From assembly GCA_964016885.1 (NCBI GenBank), contig OZ024744.1, positions 122,698,001 through 122,762,000 of the forward strand: a DNA stretch of 64,000 nucleotides, read 5' to 3'. The notes under the pieces were generated by a model that was not told the DNA's origin, did not search any database, and saw nothing but the letters and a program-made list of their open reading frames with translations. Of this stretch, positions 1 through 12,567 are shown one piece after another. The stretch's first letter is position 1. The number at the start of each line of letters is the position of its first letter. The translations under genes and the position numbers were made by a program. Source of the stretch: Eledone cirrhosa. Taxonomy: Eukaryota.

Positions 1-66
1 TCTAAGAGGAGATGTGTGCCAAAAATCGATAGACAGACAGACAACCACAGTTTTATATATATAGAT
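1..66 (+). mobile_element. Possible 3' end of a non-autonomous Helitron/Helentron-like element, cut by the window edge
   Basis: (ACAG)n tract followed by TTTTATATATATAGAT resembles the 3' ends of DINE-1/Lep1-type elements. Only ~65 bp is visible. Confidence 0.3.
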
Positions 67-473
67 ATATATATATAGATATATATATAGAGAGAGAGAT
101 TTATCTAGTCCTTCGCTCAAGATTAATCTATAAGTTTAGATGTCTGCCTTCGTTTAAGTAAATATTACAGTAAGATTTTTAATATAAACAACTACAAAAA
201 ACAATTAATATTAAAACGAAAAAATTATCAATGATAAAAGAAGCGGATGCAACTTTTTTTTTTATAAAGTTATATTCCTGTTTCTTTAAAGAACATTTCA
301 TTTTTGTTCTATTGTAGGCGAAATAATGCAATGGTTTAATAGGGAAGATATAACTTACCAATTATGTCTCTAACCGTGTAACGCTTTTTAAGTAGATAAC
401 TACAATTGAAAATACTAAAGAAATGGAACCAACAATTCAATTTGAAAGTCGTCTACTTATAGTGACAGTGTAT

Positions 474-520
474 TACTGGTACTTTATTTTATCGACCCCG
501 TAACGATGAAATGCAAATGC
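474..520 (-). mobile_element. Short SINE remnant
   Basis: ACTGGTACTTTATTTTATCGACCCCGTAACGATGAAA resembles, from memory, the antisense body of a common octopus tRNA-SINE. Short and degenerate. Confidence 0.4.
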
Positions 521-870
521 TTAAAATTTAAATTGCCTTAATTCTATCGTCTGCTGTTTCATTAAAGGGAGATTCTCGTCTGTATTTAATTCTATCGTCT
601 ACTGTTCCACTAAACAGATATACCACCACTATCGTCTCTATTTATACATTTTAACTTATAACTTATACACATTTGATTTGAAATATTTTATCTAGTCCCC
701 CCTCTCAATATTATGATGATTTCTTTCGAATGAAACAGTTCTAGTCCTGTAGAAGCCATTTATATATATAATTGAACTGAGTTAAAAATTCACAATATTT
801 ATAATTAAATAAGCTCATATATATATGTGTGTATTTATCTGTTTATTGTATTATATATAATGTGTGTATA

Positions 871-910
871 TACAGGATGTCCCCCCAAAATATATACACA
901 CTTCAACAGC
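871..910 (+). mobile_element. Isolated Tc1/mariner-like terminal inverted repeat
   Basis: TA followed by CAGGATGTCCCCCCAAAATATATACACACTT, similar to Tc1/mariner TA|CAGGGTGTCC termini. No partner TIR or transposase seen. Confidence 0.35.
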
Positions 911-1109
911 ATTCTAATAACTATTGCCTGTACAGGTAATCAAAGTGTCAATCGAATGTTAGTTTCGTGTTTTAACAGTACAAATTTACAATACACACAT
1001 AACACACATAAAACCAGTGTATATACATACATGAGTGTGTATACACATACATGAATGTGTATATACAATATATATGTATATATATATAGACACATATATT
1101 CACGGTGCA

Positions 1110-1428
1110 ACGGAACATTAAAATATAGATGCGGGAGGGGGTGGTATATTTAGGGGCGCTGGGGATAAAGGAGTGTAAAGCGTGTGTAATTGATATATTG
1201 AAGGAGAGGAGCGTGCAGCGATAGAGTAACAAATATATAGAGAGGGGGAGAGATGGTATTGAAGGGGAGGAGTGCAAAGAGTAAGAGAGATATATATAGA
1301 GACGGAACAGATAGAGAGAAACAGGCGTAAGTAACAGTGGAAGAGATATATAGAGAGGGGGAAATGTGTTATTGAAGGGGAGGAGTGTAAAGCGAAAGCA
1401 TAAGATATATATAGAGAGAGGGGGAATA

Positions 1429-1430
<2 letters not shown>
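1110..1430. repeat. Degenerate purine-rich tandem repeat, ~55-60 bp unit
   Basis: Recurrent ATATATAGAGAG-GGGGA...TATTGAAGGGGAGGAGTG blocks. Confidence 0.6.
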
Positions 1431-1471
<41 letters not shown>

Positions 1472-1474
<3 letters not shown>

Positions 1475-1626
1475 ACACTTACTCTGATTGGTTGAAAATT
1501 AGCCAATGACATACGATCACCACCACCACGGCTATCCCCGAAAAATTTATGAAGAAGCTAGTCATATATGTTAGAACACGAAAAGTGAACATTCTGTTGT
1601 TTCACACTTTTCGTGTTCTAACAGAT
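1472..1626. repeat. Small TA-flanked element ending in an 18-bp-stem hairpin
   Basis: GTTAGAACACGAAAAGTG (from 1570) pairs with CACTTTTCGTGTTCTAAC (to 1622) around a 17-nt loop, preceded by a ~95 bp unique arm. Confidence 0.6.
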
Positions 1627-1635
1627 ACATATATA

Positions 1636-2193
<558 letters not shown>

Positions 2194-3343
2194 TATGAGA
2201 AATTAATCATTGTTTAAATATGATTAGATGTTTAGTTAATCATTTAAAAATAGAGATCAATATATTAAAAATTGGGATCTATACATTAAGAAACTACATA
2301 TTATATAACACGTATACACACGCAAAAATATATATAAATATATATACACACTTATAAAATACATACCATATCTAACTATGTATATAATATATAGACACAA
2401 AGCATAAAGGATTCTTTAATTTAATTTAAGATATAGGAATCTTTAAAATGTTATAATTTTTAAGATATTAAAGGAAATTTTATGTTATACACACTTTATG
2501 TTATTAAATAAAATTTTTTATATAAGTTTTATAAGATTACCTGTTATGTATTTATGGCTGTTAATTATATGTCTATCTGTCAGGAATCATTGGGATAATC
2601 ATTATACATAAGTGCAATCAAATTGTATCGACGCACATGCACATACATAATTCTCACATATACATATACATACATGTGTGTGTACCCTCAACCAATAGGT
2701 AGATACGCATCACGCATACATATACAGACAGACATAGAATCATAAAAACACATAGAACATATGTAGATGTATGTCAATATACACATATACATATATACTC
2801 ACATATAGAGAGAAGTATATATCAATACATTACATAGTATAATTGAGTACATAAAATACAAAAGGATTATATTACAATTTGGAAATATAATTATAAGCAA
2901 TATAACTTTAAAAGCAATACAATTTTAAAATATTATAGAATATTTTAAGTTATAATTTCAAAATAATAGTATGTTTAATAGAATTAGTATAGAAATTTAT
3001 CTTACGTATATTTAGCTCAAAAATTTGAAAGGACAAACTTTCGAAAATAGGAGAAGCTATCAGAACAATAAGAAAAATAAGAAAACAATAAAAACCATAA
3101 GAAACAATAAAAAATAATTTTAAAAAAATATATATAAAATAAAAATAAGAAATAGAAAATATTTTCTCCTTTCAAGAGCTCTCAATATATTTCTTTAGAA
3201 TAGTTTATTATATTTATATATATATATTCATATCTAGGAAGAAAAGTTATTTATACTTGAGTGTTTAATCGGTCAAAAAAGATGAAGGAATCTAATGATT
3301 TATCGACAGGTTTCATATATTAATAAAATTAATTAATTATATA

Positions 3344-3934
3344 CTACATTTTAAATTTATATTTAAACGTTGAGTTTAATCTATGTCTGCAGCAACTGAA
3401 TAAATTATTCCTTAAGTTCAGGGAATCTTTGGTCTTTAATATAAAGAATATTTCCTCTATACAAAGATCGCAATTTTCTAAAGAGGAGTTAAAAGGAGTA
3501 GCTTTTGAAATAATATTCCAAATTAACGAATATTCAATGTTCTCCAGTTTGAGGTCTCATAATAGGCTAGATAGAGAAGTTGAAGATTTTTTGTTTGGAT
3601 CTGTAAAAGAATTTTTATGATTATTGAAGCGGGATTTAAACTCTGTGGAAGTGGATCCCACATAATTAAATGAATTTAAATTAGTTTTTACATTACAATT
3701 ATATACTACATTTTTAGCTAAGCATTTGTTATTTAACGAACAGTTAGATTTATTTCTACAGTTACATTTATCAGATTGAATATTGCTTGGGTTATTATTG
3801 GTATTTTGGTTAGGTTTTAAATTTCTATTATTAATTTTATTAATATTTTGCGCTAAATTTTTGGTGGAAGAATAAGTTAATTTTATAGTATGTCTATTAA
3901 AAATTGAGTAATATCTATGTGTTCTAGGGAAGCA
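3344..3934 (-). mobile_element. Penelope-like element, degenerate GIY-YIG endonuclease fragment
   Basis: Translation FPRTHRYYSIFNRHTIKLTYS..CNCRNKSNCSLNNKC..VVYNC..YVGSTSTEFKSRFNNH..STSLSSLL*DLK..WNII..CDLCIEE..LNLRNNLFSCCRH. The TGA at 3557-3559 falls at the expected Trp; terminal stop at 3344-3346. Confidence 0.85.
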
Positions 3935-4648
3935 TACACACACACATACATATGCGTACATTAACATACAAAGAGACATATACACACACACACACTTCTC
4001 CATATAGGACAAGAGCTGAAAAATATCTTTTAACATGTTAAAATATCCCCCACACACTTACAGACACATTCCTACTGACCATCCCTCTACCACGAATTAC
4101 TCTGCTACACCCACACACACTTGTCTTAATAGGCATTTGAACTGTCAACAGGCTGCGGTTCGCACACACATCCCTGCTGACCATTATCACAACAACAAAC
4201 CTCTTTACTACTACTACACACACACACATATATTTGTTTTGAAAGACTTATTTTTCAGTAACTTCTCAATCAGCCTACACACACCTACATTTGGCGCAAA
4301 ATCAATTTTTAACATTCACATGTACTCTACCGACCAATCAAAATTGTTTTGATCACAAGAATTTTTGCAACACGAATTGGCGCAAAACTTATTTTAATAT
4401 GGCTGGAGCCACTTTTTTCACATAAAAACAGGTAGAATTTCCAAAACTAATCAGATTAGAGCAAACATCACGGACGCTCTATCTCAAAATTATTTTTGAA
4501 AAGCATTAGAAATGCGCAACCGGCAAAACTTAAAACCAAAACTGAATACTAACCAATACTATTACTAATTCTCACTTATTCCTAATTAAACTATTTTTCA
4601 CTGTGAACAATTTGTCAGCATTTTCTTTTCCGTTTACCAATATATATA

Positions 4649-4734
<86 letters not shown>

Positions 4735-4744
4735 AATATATATA

Positions 4745-5494
<750 letters not shown>

Positions 5495-5643
5495 TAGGAG
5501 GTGAGTTTTATTGTAGCACAATAAAGCAATGCAGATATCGGATAAGAAGCACTCAACAGTTTGTAGGACTGGAGTATACATAATATATGTTGATTTAAAA
5601 CTGCACTATCCACAAGTGTTTTTTTAAACCTTCATATCATGTC

Positions 5644-5725
5644 TTCCTGTTTTATCTGATGAAAACACAAATATTATTGCATGATGATATTTGTTTTTGA
5701 AATGCGCATAATAAAATACATGGAA
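5644..5725 (+). ncRNA. Type I hammerhead ribozyme motif, probably a Penelope pLTR remnant (5495-5748)
   Basis: CTGATGA at 5656-5662; stem II ACAAATAT/ATATTTGT; GAAA at 5699-5702; palindromic stem III ATGCGCAT; NUH site ATA ending at 5710; stem I TTTTAT/ATAAAA extended by TTCC/GGAA. Confidence 0.75.
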
Positions 5726-5746
5726 CTCTTTTAGCCATCTTTTGTT

Positions 5747-5801
<55 letters not shown>

Positions 5802-5896
5802 ACTCCAAAAACTTGTCGAGTGTTTTATATCAGTTATAAAAATATTTACTTGTTGTATCCCAACAACTTTAAATAGAACTTTTGCATATATATATA

Positions 5897-6243
5897 TCAT
5901 CATCATCATCATCATCATCATTTTACGTCCCCTTTTCCCTGCTTGCAAGGGTGGGACGGGAACTGATTCTGGCTTGATTTCTACAGCTGGATGCCCTTCC
6001 TAACACCAACCTCATTTACAGTGAGTGCTGGGTGCTTCTTTGCCGTGGCACCTCCACGACCACTTTGCAGTGGAATGATAGGGAACCCAGTCCCTATCAT
6101 CTCATTTCTACAGCTGAGTAAACTGGAGCAATGTGAAATAAAGTGTCTTGCTCAAGGAAACAACACATCACCCCGTCTGAGAATTGAACTCACAACCTTT
6201 CGATTGCAAGGCCAATGCTCTAACCACTAAGCCATGTGCCTCC
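5897..6243 (-). mobile_element. tRNA-derived SINE, copy 3
   Basis: Same family, with a long (ATG)n tail. Confidence 0.9.
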
Positions 6244-6353
6244 ATATATATATATATATACGTCTATACATATGTGTATATATATATATGTCTATACATA
6301 TGTGTATATATATATATGTCTATACATATGTGTATATATATATATGTCTATAC

Positions 6354-6385
<32 letters not shown>

Positions 6386-6486
6386 GTCTATACATATGTG
6401 TATATATATATGTATATATATATATATATGTGTGTATACATATATATGTGTGTGTGTGTGTGTGCGTGTGTGTGTATATATATATG

Positions 6487-6517
<31 letters not shown>

Positions 6518-6591
6518 ATATATATATATCATGGGTATAAATGTCATTTGTATTGTACAGAATAATACATTAATAAAGTATAGGGCTTACG

Positions 6592-6664
6592 AAAAAGAAT
6601 CATCTAATTTCAAAAAGCTATATTTTCTTTTCATATGACTTTTTGAAATCGGATGATACTTTTT
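6592..6664. repeat. Imperfect hairpin, ~30 bp stem
   Basis: AAAAAGAATCATCTAATTTCAAAAAG pairs with CTTTTTGAAATCGGATGATACTTTTT. Confidence 0.6.
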
Positions 6665-6667
6665 GAT

Positions 6668-6981
6668 ACACACCATTTTATGCTTGTATAATTGTCAGTA
6701 GCAACAAAACACTTTCATCCCTTGGATAAGAAATAACATTGTTTATAATTGGAATCTAGTGCTATTATCTTTGATTAAGGTATGAAGTTAGTTATTAAAA
6801 CGGTAGTCAAATTGGTACTTCTAATTTAACTACACTTTTAATAAATAACTTTATATCTTGATAAGTCTCATCAAAGACAATAACACCAAATTCCACTTAT
6901 AAACAATGTTATATTTTCTTATCCAAGGGATAAACAGTGTTTTACTACTACTGACAATTATACAAGCATAAAATGGTGTGT
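6668..6981. mobile_element. Foldback/MITE-like palindromic element, ~314 bp
   Basis: ACACACCATTTTATGCTTGTATAATTGTCAGTAG pairs with CTACTGACAATTATACAAGCATAAAATGGTGTGT; imperfect pairing continues inwards (ATCCCTTGGATAAGAAA/TTTCTTATCCAAGGGAT). Confidence 0.75.
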
Positions 6982-7012
6982 GTGTATGTGTGTATACATA
7001 TAAACATGTGTA

Positions 7013-7377
7013 TCATCATCATCACCGTTTTACGTCCGTTCTTCCACGCTAGCATGGGTTAGACAGGTTGTCCTGTTGTGGGCAGTGTCTGGTCGGCTGA
7101 CCATGCCTTGCTCATACAGGAACTGATTTGGCTTGATTTCTACAGCTGGATGCCCTTCCTAACACCAACCTCATTTACAGTGAGTGCTGGGTGCTTTTTC
7201 GTGGCACCTACACGTCCACTTTACAGTGTGGGCTGGGTGCTTTTTTGCCGTGGCACCTCCACGACCACCTTGCGGTGGGGGGTGTGGGGGCATATTGTCT
7301 ATATGCTTCAGCTTGTACCCATGGGAGGTCGGGTACTCTGTATTACTGCGTGACGCCAGAAGTCACGGTCGTGTGTC

Positions 7378-7380
<3 letters not shown>
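7013..7380 (-). mobile_element. 5'-truncated RTE-clade LINE (terminal codons plus 3' UTR)
   Basis: Minus strand 7379-7308 encodes MTHDRDFWRHAVIQSTRPPMGTS* (RTE C-terminal DRxxWR motif), then a 3' UTR ending GGACGTAAAACGGT(GAT)n. Confidence 0.8.
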
Positions 7381-7412
<32 letters not shown>

Positions 7413-7415
<3 letters not shown>

Positions 7416-7570
7416 AGTAAGTAAGACCCCGACGGCACAGAATTAGCCGTCGAAACGGCTTGAGCTCAGCCGTCGGGGTCTTACTTATGCCTATTACCCA
7501 CTCTACTACCCTAAGTATTGAGTACTTAGGTGCGTTATGGTCCACCTGGTTCCTTACCACTTTTCCCTCG

Positions 7571-7572
<2 letters not shown>
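7413..7572. mobile_element. Small hairpin-ended element, isomer A
   Basis: Stem AAGTAAGACCCCGACGGC/GCCGTCGGGGTCTTACTT encloses the inner hairpin AGCCGT-CGAA-ACGGCT, plus an ~85 bp arm. Flanked by (TA)n; a second copy lies at 19208-19371. Confidence 0.7.
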
Positions 7573-7610
<38 letters not shown>

Positions 7611-7612
<2 letters not shown>

Positions 7613-7957
7613 AGGCACATGGCTTAGTGGTTAGAGCATTGGCCTTGCAATCGAAAGGTTGTGAGTTCAATTCTCAGACCGGGTGATGTGTTGTTTCCTT
7701 GAGCAAGACACTTTATTTCACATTGCTCCAGTTTACTCAGCTGTAGAAATGAGATGATAGGGACTGGGTTCCCTATCATTCCACTGCAAAGTGGACGTGT
7801 AGGCGCCACGGCAAAAAAGCACCCGGCACTCACTGTAAATGAGGTTGGTGTTAGGAAGGGCATCCAGCTGTAGAAATCAAGCCAAAAATCAGTTCCCGTC
7901 CCACCCTTGCAAGCAGGGAAAAGCGGACGTAAAATGAAATGATGATGATGATGATGA
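7611..7957 (+). mobile_element. tRNA-derived SINE, copy 4
   Basis: GGAGGCACATGGCTTAGTGGTTAGAGC...GAGTTCAATTCTCAGACC...GGACGTAAAATGAAATGATGATG. Confidence 0.9.
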
Positions 7958-7986
7958 TATATATATATATGTGTATATATATATAT

Positions 7987-8049
<63 letters not shown>

Positions 8050-8093
8050 GATAGGTAAATATACACGCGTGTGTATGATTGTTTATAGAAGAT

Positions 8094-8289
8094 TATATTA
8101 ATAAGAGGAATTCCAACTGTGTCTGATTTACTCGTTTTATTTACAATCCTTTAAAATATATAATGGTATTATAATGAAATAGTATGATAGAGTTACTCTA
8201 TCATACTATTTCATTATAATACCATTATATATTTTAAAGGATTGTAAATAAAACGAGTAAATCAGACAAAGTTGGAATTCCTCTTATTA

Positions 8290-8294
<5 letters not shown>
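8094..8294. repeat. Near-perfect 201-bp palindrome (100-bp arms, 1-nt centre at 8194)
   Basis: Arms pair base for base, with one mismatch seen (AACTGTGTCTG vs CAGACAAAGTT). Confidence 0.92.
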
Positions 8295-8379
<85 letters not shown>

Positions 8380-8624
8380 GTGTATATATATATATATATA
8401 TGTGTATATATATATATGTGTATATATATATATATATGTCTATATATATATATATATGTGTATATATATATATATATATGTGTATATATATATATATATG
8501 TGTATATATATATATATATATGTGTATATATATATATATATGTGTATATATATATATATATATATGTATGTATATATATATATATATGTGTATATATATA
8601 TATATATATGTATGTATATATACA

Positions 8625-9392
8625 TCTCTCCTCTTCCGACCATCACTTCATGGAATACTCGTATGTGGAACTTGACCACCGTGGAATCTGCTACCATCAT
8701 AGGAGTTTACCAACATTTCAACCACATCCTCTTACGGAATCACCTATATAACTCACCCACACACACACCCAAACAAATTTTTTTCCCACACGCCACCTAT
8801 ACCCACAACACGCTTAAACACCACACACACGTGCTTTCCACCACATATTTACACCTTCAGCCTCCGGATTCCTCTCCCCCACCCCTCTATCCACACACGC
8901 TCCGACCTACACCCCACCTCACACACCTCTTCCTGAACATGCAACCCCGTTCTTCCCCAACCCTTGCTTTCACATACACACACACCACCTTTAGCCCTCC
9001 CCCGCTCGGACACCCCGTCTCCCTCTCCCCACTCCACCCGCCACCACCCCCTACACACCCCACACCCTTCCATCACCTGTTTTACCCCTTTTTAATTTCA
9101 GTTTATTTTGATCATGCTTTTATATTTATTTTTATTTCATTTCATTTTAATTTGATCATGCTTTATTTTTATTTTTATTTTCATTCGCACCGTTTCCTCC
9201 CACCCCCTTTTCGCTATATGTCTCTCCACCACTCCCCTACACACCCTTTGAACTCTCTTCCCACACACTTCTCACCTGAGGAAGGGCTTATGCCCGAAAC
9301 GTCGTTCCCCACCACCACCCCACTCTCCAGAGTGTGAAATTAATAAACATTCATTGTACTGCCTCTCTGTTTTGTTCCTGTTCAAATTTTCC

Positions 9393-9395
<3 letters not shown>
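8625..9395 (+). mobile_element. Probable Penelope-like 3' region (pLTR) with a hammerhead core
   Basis: C/A-rich unique insert in (TA)n with CTGAGGA-AGGGC-TTAT-GCCC-GAAACGTC at 9276-9303, followed by AATAAA. No convincing protein homology seen. Confidence 0.55.
9271..9308 (+). ncRNA. Minimal hammerhead ribozyme core
   Basis: Canonical CUGANGA, 4-bp stem II and GAAAC-GUC. Stem I is weak (2 bp), so it may be decayed. Confidence 0.55.
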
Positions 9396-9428
<33 letters not shown>

Positions 9429-9516
9429 TAGTAATAATAATAAATTTGAAGACTAAAATCCAAAGAAGGCTCGATAAGGATAAATATATATCAAATATAT
9501 AAGAACCGTAGAGCAA

Positions 9517-11275
9517 ATATTTATTAAAATAACAGATTAAAGTTTAAGCAAAGAATCGCTGCTTTCACCCTTAACGGGATCTTCTGAAACTAACAAAGTC
9601 AATCTGTAAACGCAGAAGTGGATATTTAAAAAAACGTTGCAACCGGAGGAAGACAGGAAGACGATACTTTGGTTCGTGGAAACGTTCGCTGGCAAAGAAC
9701 GGGAAAAAACGAATATAATATGTCATTAATAGGAGCGGCGAAAAACAATTACGCACAAAGACAGAACCATGTTTATGGTATAAAAGTGGTCGTAGACTAA
9801 TGTTCTCTTAGGTGGTGCATAGAGACGTTCTCTGGCAATGAACGAAAAAAAAACGAAGATAATACATCATATGTGGAACGTGGAGAACAATGGCACGCAA
9901 AGACAAAACCACGTAAATGGTATAGCAGAAGTCTTAGACTAAAATTCTAACTAGGAGACCGAATGATTCTCCGCTACAGAGTTAAGAACAAAGTAAATAA
10001 ATACAATAGGGTAATAGAAATAAATAAATACATACAGGGTAACAAATACGTACATACACAAGCATACGCAAAACACTTATATCTGGAGTCTAAAAGACAA
10101 CCACACCCAATATAAGTTACACTGGGAGATCCTAGCTAGGGCTAGATCGTATAATGGAAATAAAAGACCATGTGACCACTGCGCCGCTGAGACTCTGGAA
10201 ATACTCTACGCCACAGACCACATCTTAAACAAAAAATCTGAGGCAATTTCGGCTTGTAAACATAAATTGCACAAAACTTTCCTGTATTACAGCCCCACGT
10301 TATACCCTAACGGATAGTACGATCTATACATGGATATTTTACGTCTTGATGTGGGAGCTAAGTATATGTTTTGTTTATATCATTACTTATTTGCATAGGT
10401 AAGTATATATTACCCGTATGCTTTGTGAAGGTACGTATACCTTCTGGTACGTATATTTGATTGTTTATGTTATGGCGTATAATTTTATATATTCTGGTAC
10501 ATATGGTTTGGCTATGTGTATACGGGAGTTTTGCGTCTGTGTGAGTATGTAGGTTCGTACGTATGTAGGGTGTGTGTTTATGTGTACTTCATGTTTTGGT
10601 TGACTTACGTCTCCGTACATTCGTGTATTTACATATAGGTATGTGTGTGCGCTTGTTATATACGTATTTATTTATTTATATACGTTTATATAATTATTTA
10701 TTTATCTGTATACACGCATACACACACATTTATATGTGCGTGGTTTTGTATACCTATGGTAAGTGTTTTGCGTATGCCTGTGCATGTACGTATTTGTTTA
10801 CGTGTATGTATTTATTTATTTCCATTACTTCTGTATTGTATTTATTTACTTTGTTCTTAACTCTGAAGCCGAGAATCATTCGGTTTCCTAGTTAGAATTT
10901 TAGTCTACGACTTCTGCTATACCATTTACGTGGTTTTGTCTTTGCGTGCTATTGTTCTCCACGCTCCACATGACATATTATCTTCGTTTTTTTCGTTCAT
11001 TGCCAGAGAACGTCTCTATGAACCACCTAAGAGAACATTAGAAATTGTTTTTCACCGCTCCTATTAATGACGTATTATATTCGTTTTTTCCCGTTCTTTG
11101 CCAGCGAATGTTTCCACGAACCAAAGTATCGTCTTCCTGTCTTCCTCCGGTTGCAACGTTTTTTTAAATATCCACTTCTGCGTTTACAGATTGACTTTGT
11201 TAGTTTCAGAAGATCCCGTTAAGGGTGAAAGCAGTGATTCTTTGCTTAAACTTTAATCTGTTATTTTAATAAATA
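9517..11275 (+). mobile_element. Penelope-like element: GIY-YIG C-terminus plus 3' region, with an inverted copy of the 3' end at its 5' side
   Basis: 10075-10317 encodes TYIWSLKDNHTQYKLHWEILARARSYNGNKRPCDHCAAETLEIL..LNKKSEAISACKHK..*. 9517-10079 is a diverged reverse complement of 10760-11275. Confidence 0.85.
11202..11252 (+). ncRNA. Hammerhead-like fold with variant core CAGAAGA (second copy at 9541-9591, minus strand)
   Basis: Stem I AGTTT/AAACT, core CAGAAGA, stem II CCC/GGG, GAA, stem III AGCA/TGCT, site CUU. Confidence 0.55.
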
Positions 11276-11302
11276 TATATATATATATATATGTGTATAT
11301 GT

Positions 11303-11680
11303 TGTGGGTATGGTGTGGCGTGCGGTGGCTGCAGGTGCCTAGTGGTGCCTAGCAATGGGGCGAACGCCAGTTTGGGCAGTGTCTAGCAACGGGGTGAACG
11401 CAAGTTTGGGCAGTACCTAGCGTAGTACCTAGCAACGGCGTAAACGCCAGTTTGGGATCTCCCGGTGCTAGGCAGTCGGAAGCAGGCAGGCGAGGAGTAA
11501 GGAGCAGGACGATAGCAGCGCTAGTGAAAAGAGCAAAACGATATGGGACTGTTGATACGAGGATAGAGACGGCCAACCGAGGAAGACGGACGTACATGAA
11601 ATGGTCTTCAAACTACCATGCAGTGGAGATTGAGCGGCGCCTTTGAAAAGCGGTAAGTGAGATACCTTTTTCCAACGATA
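11303..11680 (+). repeat. 5' LTR
   Basis: Direct repeat of 15386-15763, about 6 mismatches by eye. Contains three ~33-bp subrepeats CTAGCAACGGNGYRAACGCCAGTTTGGG. Confidence 0.93.
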
Positions 11681-11805
11681 AGCTATTTCGGCAACTGGAT
11701 ACAGATCTGACGGAACAAAGAAAAAAGAAGAAAAAGCTACTGGAAAAACAAAGAGGAGTCTGTTGTTTTTTTTTTTGTGTCACTTACCGCTAGACAAATC
11801 AGAGG

Positions 11806-12567
11806 ATGGCGACAAGACTATGGACGAGCGAAGCCATCTGGGCATTTACCGGGGAGGGTGATGTAATCGCTTGGCTGCGGAAAGTTCGGCTGGTCGCAAG
11901 CTTGCAGAAGATAGAGGATGTGGCTGGCCTAATGGCAATCTACCTCGAGGGAGACGCGCTGGTACTCTTCCTTGAGTTGGACGAGCACAGCCAAAGAGAT
12001 GCGCAGAAGATTGAGCGGCGTCTGATAGATGCATTCGCCGAGGGACCATTGGCAGCTTTTGCTAAGCTGGCGAGAATCAGGTGGAATGGTGAACGCGTCG
12101 ACATTTTCGCAGCGGAAATACGGCGGTTGGCCATGTTGGCTGGTTATCAGGCGGAATGCGAACGCACGGTGCGTTTGGCGTTCATTAATGGATTTCCAGA
12201 CGACATAGCGGTGAGGCTGCAGCAAGTCCCGGGTTATAAAGAAATGGAAATGCGTTCACTGGTGGAACAAGCCCGGATCATAGCAGAAGATGCCAAAAAG
12301 AGTGTTGCGGCGATAGCAACTACGGAGGCTCAGGACACCTGGCAACGAAACGGTGAAAGGGAGGCAACCTCGGCACGCGGTCGCACGCGAACGTTTAGAG
12401 GGCGCTGTTTTCGTTGCCAGGGCCCGCACATGGCTAGAGACTGTAGAGAGTTGAGGCCGGATATAATTTGCTACCGGTGTAAGTGACCAGGCCACATCGC
12501 TACTAACTGCGACCAGGGAAACAATGCAAGGGGAACTACTGCGCCGGTAGTTGCCCCTTATGAGTAG
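11806..12567 (+). pseudogene. gag: gag with two CCHC zinc knuckles, premature TGA at 12484-12486
   Basis: CFRCQGPHMARDC and CYRCK*PGHIATNC; the frame continues to TAG at 12565-12567. Confidence 0.88.

Noticed and set aside
712-748. Degenerate hammerhead-like ATGATGA...GAAAC...GTC
   Set aside because: Core C3 is missing and there is no stem I. Similar weak matches near 3035-3065 and 4430-4455 (minus) were also dropped.
3557-3559. In-frame TGA as selenocysteine recoding, as reported for some Naiad PLEs
   Set aside because: It sits at a conserved Trp position, not a Cys, so TGG-to-TGA decay is simpler; no SECIS was recognised.
7611-7685. tRNA gene
   Set aside because: The A/B boxes belong to the SINE head and continue into the SINE body in four copies.
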